DNA of 64,000 nucleotides from contig OZ245842.1 in NCBI GenBank assembly GCA_965228895.1, positions 4,608,001-4,672,000 on the forward strand. Reading direction: 5' to 3'. Origin of the DNA: Alphaproteobacteria bacterium. GTDB taxonomy: Bacteria; Pseudomonadota; Alphaproteobacteria; SP197. Every line of letters starts with the position of its first letter. Within the stretch, counting starts at the first letter, position 1. Positions 17,191 to 27,504 of this stretch are shown one piece after another. Made by a program: the position numbers and the translations under genes. The notes beneath the pieces were generated by a model that searched no databases, had not been told where the DNA came from, and was given only the letters and a program-made list of their open reading frames with translations.

Positions 17191-18786
17191 ATGCGAATGG
17201 CGTTCGGCAGATGTGTTGCAGCGGCGTTAGCGCTTCTTGTGCTGCTGCCCGCCTGGGCATTCGCCGCCGCCATCCATATCGGCAACGGCGCCGAGCCCGA
17301 GAGCCTCGACATCCATCGCTCGTCCGGCGTGTCCGAAGCCAACATCCAGCGCGATCTTTTTGAAGGCTTGGTCACGCTCGGCGCTGACGCGAGCCTGCTG
17401 CCCGGCGCCGCCGAGAGCTGGACGGTCAGCGAAGACGGATTGACCTATACGTTCGTGCTGCGCCCCGATGCGCGGTGGTCGAACGAGGACCCCGTCACCG
17501 CGCACGACTTCGTCTACGCGATCCGCCGCGGGCTGGCGCCTGAGACCGCCGCCGACTACGCCTTCATCCTCTATCCGATCAACAATGCCGAGGCGATCAC
17601 GCGCGGCGAGATCGACGACATGGATGAATTGGGCGTGCGCGCCATCGATGATCTGACACTCGAGATCACCCTGAAGGCGCCGACGCCCTATTTTCTCGAC
17701 ATGCTGACGCATCAGATGGCGTTCCCGCTGCATCAAGAAAGCGTCGAGAGCCATGGCGACCAGTGGACCAAACCGGGCAACATGGTCTCCAACGGAGCCT
17801 ACAGTCTGGAAGAGTGGGTACCGCAGGATCGTATCAAACTGAGCAAAAACGACGCGTTCCATGCCGCCGACGACGTGCAGATCGACACGGTCTACTACTA
17901 CCCGACCGAAGATGTCGGCCAGGAGTTGAAACGCTACCGGGCTGACGAACTCGATATCACCTATGACGTTCCTGCCGATCAGGTCGCCTGGCTCGTCGAC
18001 AACCTGGCCGACGAGTTCGAGAACTTTCCCTATCTCGGCACCTACTATTACGCGATCAACACGACCGCGGCCCCCTTCGACGGCAACCCGGCTCTGCGTC
18101 AGGCGCTAAGCCTGGCTATCGACCGCGACCTCTTGACCGAGAAGATCACGCGGGCGGGTGAGGTGCCGGCCTATGCCTTCGTGCCGCCGGGGGTCATGAA
18201 CTACACCCATCAGACACGCGACGAGGCCGCTCTTTCAAAGCAGGAACGCGAGGCCAGGGCACAGGCACTCTACGCGGAAGCCGGCTATTCACAGGACAAT
18301 CCGCTTGATGTGGAGATCCTCTACAACACCAGCGACAACCACAAAAAGATCGCCATCGCGATCGCCGCGATGTGGAAACAGGTGCTGGGCGTTCAAGCAA
18401 CGCTGCGTAACGAGGAATGGAAGGTCTACCTGGCGTCACGCGATGAAAAGAGCTTCGAGGTCGCACGCGCCTCGTGGATCGGCGACTACAACGACGCCAA
18501 CACGTTCCTGGAACTGCTCCTGTCCGACGCCGGGCCGATGAACACGACGGGCTTCGCCGATCCCGAGTTCGACGAGCTTGTGCGCGCGGCAGCTTTCCAG
18601 CCCGATCTCGAGGAGCGTGCGGCCATGCTGGCACAAGCCGAGAACCTGCTGCTGGACGCGGCCGCCTTGATCCCGATCTACCACTACACGACCCAGCACA
18701 TGGTCAAACCGCATGTCGGTGGCTGGATGAACAACGTCAAGGACGTCCATCCGACACGTTTTTTGTGGATCGACGAGGAGTCTTGA
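17191..18786 (+). CDS. oppA: Oligopeptide ABC transporter substrate-binding protein
   Basis: GNGAEPESLD, LFEGLV, PGAAESWTVSEDGLTYTF, VSNGAY, WIGDYND. Confidence 0.93.
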   Translation: MRMAFGRCVAAALALLVLLPAWAFAAAIHIGNGAEPESLDIHRSSGVSEANIQRDLFEGLVTLGADASLLPGAAESWTVSEDGLTYTFVLRPDARWSNEDPVTAHDFVYAIRRGLAPETAADYAFILYPINNAEAITRGEIDDMDELGVRAIDDLTLEITLKAPTPYFLDMLTHQMAFPLHQESVESHGDQWTKPGNMVSNGAYSLEEWVPQDRIKLSKNDAFHAADDVQIDTVYYYPTEDVGQELKRYRADELDITYDVPADQVAWLVDNLADEFENFPYLGTYYYAINTTAAPFDGNPALRQALSLAIDRDLLTEKITRAGEVPAYAFVPPGVMNYTHQTRDEAALSKQEREARAQALYAEAGYSQDNPLDVEILYNTSDNHKKIAIAIAAMWKQVLGVQATLRNEEWKVYLASRDEKSFEVARASWIGDYNDANTFLELLLSDAGPMNTTGFADPEFDELVRAAAFQPDLEERAAMLAQAENLLLDAAALIPIYHYTTQHMVKPHVGGWMNNVKDVHPTRFLWIDEES

Positions 18787-18817
18787 GCCAGCCCCGCAAC
18801 CACGCGGCCGGCTGAGC

Positions 18818-19735
18818 GTGTACGCCTATTCCATCCGCCGCCTGATCGGCGCCATACCCACTCTGCTGGCGGTGATTGTGATCGCGTTTGTCATGATCCG
18901 CCTGGCGCCCGGCGGCCCGTTTGATAGCGAACGCAGTGTGCCGCCCGAGATCGCCGCCAACCTGGAAGCCGCCTACCGGTTGGATGCGCCGCTCGGCGAA
19001 CAGTTCCTGAGCTATCTGGGCGATCTTCTGCGCGGCGACTTCGGTCCGTCGTTCCGCTACAAGGACTTTACCGTCACCGAACTCCTGTGGTCCGCCTTCC
19101 CGGTCTCCGCGCAACTCGGTCTCGCCGCCATCATTCTGGCGGTCATCGCCGGCACCGCCGCCGGTGCCTATGCGGCGATGCGCCGCAACTCCATGCTCGA
19201 CGCCGGTGTCATGACGCTCGCCATGACTGGTATCGCGCTACCCAACTTTGTTGTCGCGCCGCTGCTGACCCTGGTGCTCGGTGTTTACTTGAGCTGGCTG
19301 CCGGTCGGCGGCTGGGGCGGTTTCTCCCATGCCCTGCTGCCGATCATCGCGCTGGCGCTGCCTCAGATTGCCTACGTCGCTCGGTTGACGCGCGGCAGCA
19401 TGCTTGAGGTGCTACGCGCCGACTTCATCCGCACCGCGCGCGCCAAGGGCATGAGCGATGGCCGCCTGGTCGCCCACCATGCGCTGAAAGCCGCTGCACT
19501 GCCGGTCGTCTCCTACCTCGGCCCGGCGACGGCGGCGATTATCACCGGTTCCGTCGTGATTGAGCAGATCTTCGGCATTCCAGGCTTGGGCCGTTACTTC
19601 GTACAGGGCGCGTTGAACCGCGATTACACCCTCGTCATGGGTGTGGTGATTTTCTATGCCGTCCTGATCGTGATCTTGAATCTGATCGTCGATCTCCTCT
19701 ACCCGCTGCTTGATCCCAGGGTGCGTTATGACTGA
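18818..19735 (+). CDS. oppB: Oligopeptide ABC permease
   Basis: LAPGGPFD, GDFGPSF, ARLTRGSMLEVL..FIRTARAKG, LDPRVRY. Confidence 0.93.
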   Translation: MYAYSIRRLIGAIPTLLAVIVIAFVMIRLAPGGPFDSERSVPPEIAANLEAAYRLDAPLGEQFLSYLGDLLRGDFGPSFRYKDFTVTELLWSAFPVSAQLGLAAIILAVIAGTAAGAYAAMRRNSMLDAGVMTLAMTGIALPNFVVAPLLTLVLGVYLSWLPVGGWGGFSHALLPIIALALPQIAYVARLTRGSMLEVLRADFIRTARAKGMSDGRLVAHHALKAAALPVVSYLGPATAAIITGSVVIEQIFGIPGLGRYFVQGALNRDYTLVMGVVIFYAVLIVILNLIVDLLYPLLDPRVRYD

Positions 19736-20600
19736 CGCCCTGCTTCAACAGACGATCAGAACGCCGGCCGGTCATGCTTGGGCCCGGTTACGGCGTAACC
19801 GAACGGCCATGCTGGCTGCTGTCGTTCTCTTGCTCATTGCGCTCGCCTGCATCATTGGGCCGTGGTTCAGCCCGTTCGCGCTGGATGACGTGGACTGGGA
19901 CAATCTGCAGACCCCGCCGGATTTCGGCGCCGGCCATCCGTTCGGGACCGACGCCAACGGGCGCGATCTTCTGGTGCGTATCCTGATCGGCGGCCGGGTG
20001 TCGCTCGCAGTTGGTCTTGCCGCCAGTCTTGTCGCCGTCTTGATCGGCGTCACCTGGGGTGCGATCGCCGGTTATGCCGGCGGGCGCACGGACGCCATGA
20101 TGATGCGCGCCGTCGACGTGCTCTATGCGCTGCCCTTCATGTTCTTCGTCATCCTGCTGATGGTCTTCTTCGGGCGCGACATCTACCTGCTGTTCATCGC
20201 GCTGGGCGCCGTCTCATGGCTCGACATGGCGCGCATCGTGCGCGGTCAGACCTTAAGCCTTAAGGAAAAGGACTTTGTCCGCGCCGCCCGCGCGCTGGGC
20301 ACACCGCCACTGCGTATCCTCATCCACCACATCGTGCCCAACGCGCTTGGACCGGTTGTCGTCTTCGCGACACTCACGGTGCCGCAGGTCATCCTCTTCG
20401 AATCGTTTCTGAGTTTTCTCGGCCTCGGCGTCCAGGAACCGATGACAAGCTGGGGCGTCCTGATCAGCGAAGGTGCTGATGTCATGGAGACGGCGCCATG
20501 GATGCTGATCGTTCCGGCTCTGTTTCTGACGACCACACTGTTCTGCCTGAACTTCCTGGGCGATGGGCTACGCGACGCGCTCGACCCGCGCGACAGTTAG
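19728..20600 (+). CDS. oppC: Oligopeptide ABC permease
   Basis: HPFGTDANGRDL, ARIVRGQTLSLKEKDFV, ESFLSFLGLG, GDGLRDALDP. Confidence 0.93.
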   Translation: MTDALLQQTIRTPAGHAWARLRRNRTAMLAAVVLLLIALACIIGPWFSPFALDDVDWDNLQTPPDFGAGHPFGTDANGRDLLVRILIGGRVSLAVGLAASLVAVLIGVTWGAIAGYAGGRTDAMMMRAVDVLYALPFMFFVILLMVFFGRDIYLLFIALGAVSWLDMARIVRGQTLSLKEKDFVRAARALGTPPLRILIHHIVPNALGPVVVFATLTVPQVILFESFLSFLGLGVQEPMTSWGVLISEGADVMETAPWMLIVPALFLTTTLFCLNFLGDGLRDALDPRDS

Positions 20601-20688
20601 AGCGTTCATGGCTTAGCAGGCCGGCACCGGTAACGCGCAAGCGAGTCATGCGCTAGACGAGACCCTGCTGATCGCGCATCATTGCGCC

Positions 20689-21297
20689 ATGACACAAACA
20701 TCAAGATCCGTCGGTATCTTCGTCTTCGATGGTGTCGAGCCGTTGGATACGGTCGGTCCCTTTGAAGCATTCCTTTGCGCCGAAAACGCCGACGAGGAAG
20801 CGCTGTTCGACGTCTTTCTGTTTGCCGAAACCCGGGCGCCGGTGACGGCAACCGGCGGCCTCATCATGACACCGCGGCATGGTTTCGGCGATCTGCCATC
20901 GATCGACATCCTGCTTGTCCCCGGCGGAAACGGCACGCGCACCCTTACCAAGCGCAACGACATCACGTCGTGGGTCGAACAGCGGCACGACGACAGCGAC
21001 CTCACACTGTCCGTCTGCACCGGCGCCCAGGTTCTCGCCGCGGCGGGCCTCTTGAAGAATCAGAAGGCGACGACCCACTGGGCGACTTACGACTGGCTGC
21101 GCTCGATCGAACCCGATGTCGACGTGCAGGAGGGCGCGCGTTATGTCGACAACGGCGACATCGTCTGCTCGTCCGGCGTCTCTGCCGGCATCGATATGGC
21201 GCTGCACGTGATCGAACGCCTGCACGGGGCCGATGTCGCGGCGCGTGCCGCCCGCAACATGGAGTACGAGTATTGGCCGCAAGGTCGCGTCGCTTAG
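20689..21297 (+). CDS. DJ-1/PfpI family protein (isonitrile hydratase/ThiJ-like)
   Basis: FDGVEPLD, LLVPGG, SVCTGA nucleophile elbow, ATTHW, SSGVSAGID. Confidence 0.88.
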   Translation: MTQTSRSVGIFVFDGVEPLDTVGPFEAFLCAENADEEALFDVFLFAETRAPVTATGGLIMTPRHGFGDLPSIDILLVPGGNGTRTLTKRNDITSWVEQRHDDSDLTLSVCTGAQVLAAAGLLKNQKATTHWATYDWLRSIEPDVDVQEGARYVDNGDIVCSSGVSAGIDMALHVIERLHGADVAARAARNMEYEYWPQGRVA

Positions 21298-21698
21298 CCG
21301 CGCTCGCCATCTTCAGCTTGTTGCCGGCGCTCCCTGCAATGGGGCACGCCAGCGAGATCGTGTTTGCCTGCATCGACCGCGACACCGCCATCGAGGTCGC
21401 CGATGTCACCAACGAGTATCACCTGCATGTTCTCGAAGTCGGACGGGTCACGATCGCCGAACGGCATGGCTACGGCAATTTGAAACGCCGCGCCAAACAT
21501 CGCACCGAGGTGGCCCGGACTTCGGGCGCATGCGCCTTTGTGCCGGCCTTTCCGCACCGATTGGTGTCCACGATCAGCGAGGGGCCCGAAAACCTGGCAG
21601 CCGCCGGACTGTTGCGACGGGTTTATGAAGTCGTCGCGTTAGAAAGCGGCGAGACGTTTTATCTGATTGGCATGGAGCAGCGGCCCGCTCAGCCCTGA
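21273..21698 (+). CDS. Exported hypothetical protein
   Basis: TTG at 21273 with GGAG upstream gives MAARSRRLAALAIFSLLPALPAMGHA (signal peptide); fills the gap up to the uup stop. Confidence 0.5.
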   Translation: MAARSRRLAALAIFSLLPALPAMGHASEIVFACIDRDTAIEVADVTNEYHLHVLEVGRVTIAERHGYGNLKRRAKHRTEVARTSGACAFVPAFPHRLVSTISEGPENLAAAGLLRRVYEVVALESGETFYLIGMEQRPAQP

Positions 21699-23509
21699 GT
21701 CCCGGCGGTCGCCAACGCCTCGCGCTGGCTTTCCAGCTCCAGCCAGCGTTCTTCGGCAGCCCCGAGCTCATCACGACAGCGCACCAGTTCGGCACTGACC
21801 GCCTCAAACCCGGCGGGGTCACGCTGATAAAATTCGGCGTCCGCGAGTTCGGTTTCGCAACGGGCGATCTGGTCTTCAAGATCGCTGATACGGCCAGGCA
21901 ATTGATCGAGCTCCCGTTGATCGTTGTAGGTCAGCCGCTGCCGGACGACGGCGCGTCGGGACGATGTCGCCGCTGAATTCTGGCGGGCCGCCGCCTCCGG
22001 CTGTTCGGCGCGCGCGCGTGTGGCGCGTTGTGCCAGGTAGTCGTCGTAACCGCCGGGGTATTCATCGACCCGGCCACCACCTTCCAACACCAAAGTCGAC
22101 GTCACCAGTCGATCAAGGAAGTCACGGTCATGGCTGACAAGCAGCACGGTTCCCGGAAAGTCGCTCAAGACTTCCTGCAGCAGATCAAGGGTCTCCATGT
22201 CCAGGTCGTTGGTCGGCTCGTCCATGACAAGAAGATCACTCGTCTGCGCAAACAGCCGCGCCAGCAACAAGCGGCTTCGTTCGCCGCCGGAAAGGGTACG
22301 AATCGGCTGGCGCGCCTGTGCCTCGGCAAACAGGAAGTCCTTGAGGTAAGCAACGACATGGCGCGACTGGCCACGCACCATCAGGTGATCGCCGCCGCCC
22401 GGCTGCAGTACCTGCCACGGCGTGAGCTCGGGGTCGAGCTGTTGGCGGCGCTGGTCGAAATAGGTGACGTTCAACCCCTTCGCCAAGCGTAGCTGGCCGG
22501 AATCCGGCGCAAGATCGCCGGTCAGCAATCGGATCAGCGTGGTCTTGCCGGCACCGTTGGGGCCCAACACACCGACCCGGTCGCCGCGCAGGATCCGCGT
22601 TGAAAAGTGATCGATGATGGTCAGGTCGCCATAACTCTTGGTCAGATCGACGGCTTCGATCACCAGCCGGCTCTTGGAACTGCCGGCTTCGACATCGATC
22701 TTGGCGGTGGCCTCCACATTACGCGCGCGTTCGGCGCGTAACTGGCGCAGGTCCGCGAGTGCGGCGACCCTGCGTTGATTGCGTTTGCGGCGAGCGGTGA
22801 CGCCACGTTCGTGATAGCGCTCTTCCTCTGCGATTCGCCGCTCAATCCTGGCATCTTCGACGGTTTCGGCCTCGGCAACCTCGTCGGTCCAGGCCTCGAA
22901 GTGCGAGAAACCCTGATTGCGCTGGCGCAACGTGCCGCGATCGAGCCACAGCATGCTCGTTGACACGCGCCGCAGAAAGGCCCGGTCATGGCTGACCGTG
23001 ACGACGGCGCCGGGGAAGCCGTCCAGGAAACCTTCCAGCCAGGTGATGGCGCGGATATCCAGATGGTTTGTCGGCTCGTCAAGCAGCAGAACGTCCGGCT
23101 CGCTGACCAGCGCGCGCGCCAGAAAGGCGCGCCGTTGTTCGCCGCCCGACAACGTTGCCATGTCACGATCACCGGCCAGATCCAGCCTATCGAGAACAGC
23201 ATCGGCGCGATGCGCGGCGGCTTCGCCGTCCGGGCTACCGACAACGAATTGCGCGACCGTGCCCGTGAGAGGCTCGACCGCTTCCTGATCGACCAACGCC
23301 ACACGCGTGCCCGGTTGTAGAAATCGCTCACCACGATCAGCTTCGACACGGCCGGCCAGAATCTTGAGCAGGGACGACTTGCCGCTGCCGTTACGTCCAA
23401 CCAGGCACAGACGCGCGCCAGGCTCGACGCCAAAACTCACCCGTTCGAAGAGTGGTTTGTGATCAACAATAAGCGCGGCATCGCGCAGGGCAAGAATCGG
23501 AGCAACCAT
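21689..23509 (-). CDS. uup: ABC-F family ATPase Uup
   Basis: Two ABC domains ([21 protein letters not shown] and [21 protein letters not shown]), linker [10 protein letters not shown], coiled-coil CTD ending EERWLELE. Confidence 0.92.
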   Translation of the reverse strand: MVAPILALRDAALIVDHKPLFERVSFGVEPGARLCLVGRNGSGKSSLLKILAGRVEADRGERFLQPGTRVALVDQEAVEPLTGTVAQFVVGSPDGEAAAHRADAVLDRLDLAGDRDMATLSGGEQRRAFLARALVSEPDVLLLDEPTNHLDIRAITWLEGFLDGFPGAVVTVSHDRAFLRRVSTSMLWLDRGTLRQRNQGFSHFEAWTDEVAEAETVEDARIERRIAEEERYHERGVTARRKRNQRRVAALADLRQLRAERARNVEATAKIDVEAGSSKSRLVIEAVDLTKSYGDLTIIDHFSTRILRGDRVGVLGPNGAGKTTLIRLLTGDLAPDSGQLRLAKGLNVTYFDQRRQQLDPELTPWQVLQPGGGDHLMVRGQSRHVVAYLKDFLFAEAQARQPIRTLSGGERSRLLLARLFAQTSDLLVMDEPTNDLDMETLDLLQEVLSDFPGTVLLVSHDRDFLDRLVTSTLVLEGGGRVDEYPGGYDDYLAQRATRARAEQPEAAARQNSAATSSRRAVVRQRLTYNDQRELDQLPGRISDLEDQIARCETELADAEFYQRDPAGFEAVSAELVRCRDELGAAEERWLELESQREALATAGTQG

Positions 23510-23695
23510 GGCGCGACGGCATAGCACAATGAACCACCACGCCCCAACAGCCGACCGCCGCTGCGCACCCTTGCCGCTTCTTCAAGCCGATGACAGGATG
23601 CCGCCAAGGGGGCGCCAATGATCGAACAGACACGTGGATTGACCACCGCCGATAACGTGGCGGCCTGACATGGTGCCCAATCCGGTAGGACTCGG

Positions 23696-24643
23696 TTGAG
23701 CCGGGAAGATGCGGTCGCGCGATCCAGTCTGCGCCACGTTTTGTGGAGCCGGCTGTGGATCTACTTCGCGCTGGTCTTCTGCGGCGGCATTTGGGGACTG
23801 GTGCCGACACTGGCCAAGACGGCGGTGTCGGACGGCGCCCATCCCTTTGGCTTGACCTGGTGGCAGGCCGTCGGCGGCGGCACCATGGTGCTTCTCATAT
23901 CGCTTGCGCGCGGCAAGCGGCTGCCGCTGAACCGACAACACATCGGCTTCTATGCCTTCTGCGGCGTCGCCGGCACCATCATGCCGACACTCGCGCTGTT
24001 CTATTCGGCGTCTCACATTTCCGCCGGCATCGTCGCCGTTCTGATGGCATCGGTCGCGATCGCCGCCTACCCCTTGTCGATCGTCTTTCGCATCGACCGG
24101 CTGCAGCCCATGCGGGTGCTGGGTTTGTGTTTGGGCCTCGCCGGCGTCGCGATGCTGATCCTGCCCGGCGCCGGCATCGGCGGCGCCAGCGACCCCATGT
24201 GGATCATGATCGCGCTCCTGATCCCGTTCGGCTATGCGGCCGAGAACGTCTTCGTCGCCATCAAGAGCCCGCGCCAGACTGACACGACGACGCTGGTCGC
24301 CGGCATGCTGCTGATGGGCGGCGTTATGATCACGCCGGTCGTGGTCGCCACCGACACCTGGTACGCGATAACCTGGCCGCTGAGTGATGCCGAACTATCG
24401 GTGATCGGTATCTTCGTGATCAACGTGCTGAGTTATGTGCTGTTTCTGGCGCTCATCTACGCGGCCGGGCCGGTCTTTGCGTCGATGTCCGGATACTTCT
24501 CGGTGCTGACCGGGATTGTCTGGGGCATGGTGCTGCTGGGTGAAGGCCACGGCGCCTGGTTCTGGGCAGCGCTTTTGAGCATGTTGGCCGGCATGGCGCT
24601 GGTCAGAGAACGCGCCGCCCACCGCCGGATCGAGAAGCCGTGA
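23696..24643 (+). CDS. DMT/EamA family transporter
   Basis: About 10 TM segments; AGPVFAS..WGMVLLGE. Confidence 0.88.
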   Translation: MSREDAVARSSLRHVLWSRLWIYFALVFCGGIWGLVPTLAKTAVSDGAHPFGLTWWQAVGGGTMVLLISLARGKRLPLNRQHIGFYAFCGVAGTIMPTLALFYSASHISAGIVAVLMASVAIAAYPLSIVFRIDRLQPMRVLGLCLGLAGVAMLILPGAGIGGASDPMWIMIALLIPFGYAAENVFVAIKSPRQTDTTTLVAGMLLMGGVMITPVVVATDTWYAITWPLSDAELSVIGIFVINVLSYVLFLALIYAAGPVFASMSGYFSVLTGIVWGMVLLGEGHGAWFWAALLSMLAGMALVRERAAHRRIEKP

Positions 24644-25557
24644 GCGCACCAGGAACGGCAACTGCCGGCTCCAAACGCCTGTGGTTCATTTTCCTGATCT
24701 TGCTGAGCGGCGGTTCCTGGAGCCTGGTCTTCTCGCTCGGCAAGATCGCCGGCGAAGGCATCCACGACTCCTTAGGTCTGGCCTTCTGGCAAGGCGTCGG
24801 CGGTGGTCTGATGTTGCTTACCTATGCCGCCTTCCGCCGAAAGCGACTCCCGCTCGACAGACGCAGCCTCGGTTTCTATCTGATCTGTGGCGTCTTCGGT
24901 ACCGCGCTGCCGACAACCTTGATCTTCGAGATCGCGCCGGTCGTCGGGGCCGGCACGCTGGCCATCACCATGGCGCTGGTACCGCTGATAACCTATGGCG
25001 CCGCCATCGTGCTTGGCATCGACCGTGGCGCCGCCTTACGCATCACAGGACTAAGCCTGGGCTTCATTGCCGTCTTGCTGCTCATGCTGCCCACGGCGCT
25101 GGACGAAAGCATGGTGGGCCTGCTTTGGCTGCTTTTCGCGCTCGCCATTCCTGCCAGTTTTTCGACCGAGAACCTGCTTCTGGCCCTGCGCGGCCCGAAG
25201 GGGATCGATGCGATCGCGCTGGTCGGCGCGTTTCAGATCGCCGGCGCCGCGTTGCTTCTGCCCATTACCCTGGCGACCGGCACGTTCACCTGGATGGACG
25301 GTCCCTGGGGCGATCCGGAATGGGCGGCGCTTATCATGTTGCTGATCAACGCGCCGAGCTACACGCTCTTTCTTTACGTGCTCCAACGCACCGGGCCTGT
25401 GTTCGCTTCCCAGACCACCTATGTCGTCACGGTGCTGGGTGTCGTCTGGGGCATGGTCTTGTTTGGCGAAGCGCACTCCGCCTGGTTCTGGGGGGCGCTC
25501 ATGGTGATGATGGCGGGCATCGCACTTGTTCAGGAACGCAAGGTCGAACGCTTCTAG
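24640..25557 (+). CDS. DMT/EamA family transporter (paralog of upstream gene)
   Basis: Shares WQGVGGG, KRLPL, GPVFAS, WGMVLFGE motifs; GTGA overlap. Confidence 0.88.
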   Translation: MSAPGTATAGSKRLWFIFLILLSGGSWSLVFSLGKIAGEGIHDSLGLAFWQGVGGGLMLLTYAAFRRKRLPLDRRSLGFYLICGVFGTALPTTLIFEIAPVVGAGTLAITMALVPLITYGAAIVLGIDRGAALRITGLSLGFIAVLLLMLPTALDESMVGLLWLLFALAIPASFSTENLLLALRGPKGIDAIALVGAFQIAGAALLLPITLATGTFTWMDGPWGDPEWAALIMLLINAPSYTLFLYVLQRTGPVFASQTTYVVTVLGVVWGMVLFGEAHSAWFWGALMVMMAGIALVQERKVERF

Positions 25558-26123
25558 CTGCCGGCGCAATCCTCGAGAAGCTCGTCCAACGCGTCTTCGT
25601 CTTCCGCCTCGATTACCGCGCGCGCGATCTCGATGCCGAACCCCTTGCGCGCCAGCGACGCCAGGTCGCGTTGACGGCGCTCTTCACGCGCGGCCGGGTC
25701 ACGATAAGGGCCCAAGCGGCGGCGCCGAGCATAAGCGGCAGCGGCAATCCAATCGTCGTTCTCCTGTTCGACCTGCGCCAGCGCGGCGGCGATGGTGTCG
25801 GTATCGACGCCCTTGGCGGCAAGTTTCATGCGGATCGAGCGGGCGGATTCGCCGGAGCGCCTCAACGACATCACACGCATGTCGGCATAAGCTCGGTCAT
25901 CCAGCATGCCCGCGCGTTCAAGCTTCGCGACGGTCTCGTCAATCCACCGTTCGGCTTGTTCTTGATCGATCTCGGTCTCACGTGCCGCGCGCCACACTTT
26001 CCTGCGCAGCACCGCCTTCACGTTCTCCGATGAGCTGCTATAGCGCTCGAGATAGTAGACCGCCGCGTTATGCAGATACTCGGGCGTGATGCGGCGCGGA
26101 CGGCGGCGGCGGCGTTCGGCCAT
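25554..26123 (-). CDS. recX: RecX regulatory protein
   Basis: YLHNAAVYYLERYSSS, LDDRAYA, AYARRRRLGPYR, LARKGF (alphaproteobacterial RecX pattern). Confidence 0.88.
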   Translation of the reverse strand: MAERRRRRPRRITPEYLHNAAVYYLERYSSSSENVKAVLRRKVWRAARETEIDQEQAERWIDETVAKLERAGMLDDRAYADMRVMSLRRSGESARSIRMKLAAKGVDTDTIAAALAQVEQENDDWIAAAAYARRRRLGPYRDPAAREERRQRDLASLARKGFGIEIARAVIEAEDEDALDELLEDCAGS

Positions 26124-26124
26124 G

Positions 26125-27378
26125 TCAGGTAACGACGGGCAGCTTCGCCGGCGTATGCTGCAGAAATTCGGCGCCGTCTTCGGTGAACACCATCATGTCG
26201 ATGAACATCGACATGCCGGCCAGGTTCGGCAGGTAGAAGTTGGCTTCGTAGTTCGTTGTCATGCCGGGCTCGAACACCTCGTCGCCGGGATCGGTGTGGA
26301 CGTCGTAGTACCACGGCCCGACCCAGTCAGGCGGAAACGACATGCCGAGATCGTAACCGCCGACCCAGCATTGATCATCCCAAATACCGGTCTCGCGGTA
26401 ATACGTCTCGATAGTATCGAGCAGCTCGCGCACCGGGAGGTTGGGCCGGATGACATCGCTAAGCATCGCCTTGACGCCGGTGATCGCGTCGAGATAGCGG
26501 TCGACCTCCGGGTGCGGTTCGCCGATGCAGAACGTGCGCGCCATGTTGGTGTGGTAGCGGTTGTAGACACCGCATAGATCGATGTTGACGACGTCGCCGG
26601 CCATGATCTTGCGCCTTGATGCCAGCGCATGCATGCACGCGCTCTTGGCACCCGACGAGACCGGCATGGTGATCGACGGGTTTTCGCCGCCAGCCTGCGC
26701 CATAGCGCGCACCATCTCGCCATAGACGTCCAGTTCCGTGACGCCGGCGCGGATCGTATCGCGCGCGGCTTGCATGCCGATATCGCCGATACGCGCGGCC
26801 GTGCGGGTATAGGCGATTTCCTGAGGCGACTTGATCTTGCGCACACCGCCGACGATGTCCGTGCCGTCGACGACGGTCGCGCCCTTGCCTTCGAGCAGGG
26901 CCTGTAACATTTCGCTGACGCCGCGATTGGGGCGATAGCTGAACATCTCCAGCCCGACCCGGCCCTTCAGCCAGCCTTCGTCCGCCAGATTGTCGACGAT
27001 GAAGTCCAGCATGGAGTCCATCGGCTGGGCATCGCCGCCGAAGATGCGGAGGTCGCGCGAGATCGCGGTGAAGCCGGCCAGGACCTGCTCGTTCTGCACC
27101 TCGAAATGGATGAAGTCGTCGGCGTCGACGTTCACCGCCACACCGCTGACCGGCATCCACGATGTCGGCCCTTGGGCCTGATACCACTCGGCCCGGAAGC
27201 CGGAGAGATAACAGATGGCTTCCGGCGAGGTCAGGTAGAGCGTGTCGACCGAGGCCGCCGCCATCGCCGCGCGCACGCGCTCCAGCCGGCCGCGATACTC
27301 CTCCAAAGAAAACACCGTTTCCATCTCTGGCCGGATGAAACGAAGCGTCCGTTCCTTGTGGCTCATCGTTTGCGGCAC
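26125..27378 (-). CDS. M24 (creatinase/ectoine hydrolase DoeA/EutD-like) amidino/amidohydrolase
   Basis: FSLEEYRGRL, IKSPQEI, GVYNRYHTNMART, GYDLGMSFPPDW; canonical M24 metal ligands incomplete; GGAGG RBS before GTG. Confidence 0.8.
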   Translation of the reverse strand: MPQTMSHKERTLRFIRPEMETVFSLEEYRGRLERVRAAMAAASVDTLYLTSPEAICYLSGFRAEWYQAQGPTSWMPVSGVAVNVDADDFIHFEVQNEQVLAGFTAISRDLRIFGGDAQPMDSMLDFIVDNLADEGWLKGRVGLEMFSYRPNRGVSEMLQALLEGKGATVVDGTDIVGGVRKIKSPQEIAYTRTAARIGDIGMQAARDTIRAGVTELDVYGEMVRAMAQAGGENPSITMPVSSGAKSACMHALASRRKIMAGDVVNIDLCGVYNRYHTNMARTFCIGEPHPEVDRYLDAITGVKAMLSDVIRPNLPVRELLDTIETYYRETGIWDDQCWVGGYDLGMSFPPDWVGPWYYDVHTDPGDEVFEPGMTTNYEANFYLPNLAGMSMFIDMMVFTEDGAEFLQHTPAKLPVVT

Positions 27379-27504
27379 CTGGTCCTCCCGTCGCGTCCCC
27401 GGGTCATCCTAAGGGCCTGAATAGGCAGCAACAAACGCTCGATTCCGGGAACGGATTTCGTCATAGTTCGCCGCTTCCGCCGACCCCGTCTCCGGAGAAA
27501 CCAC

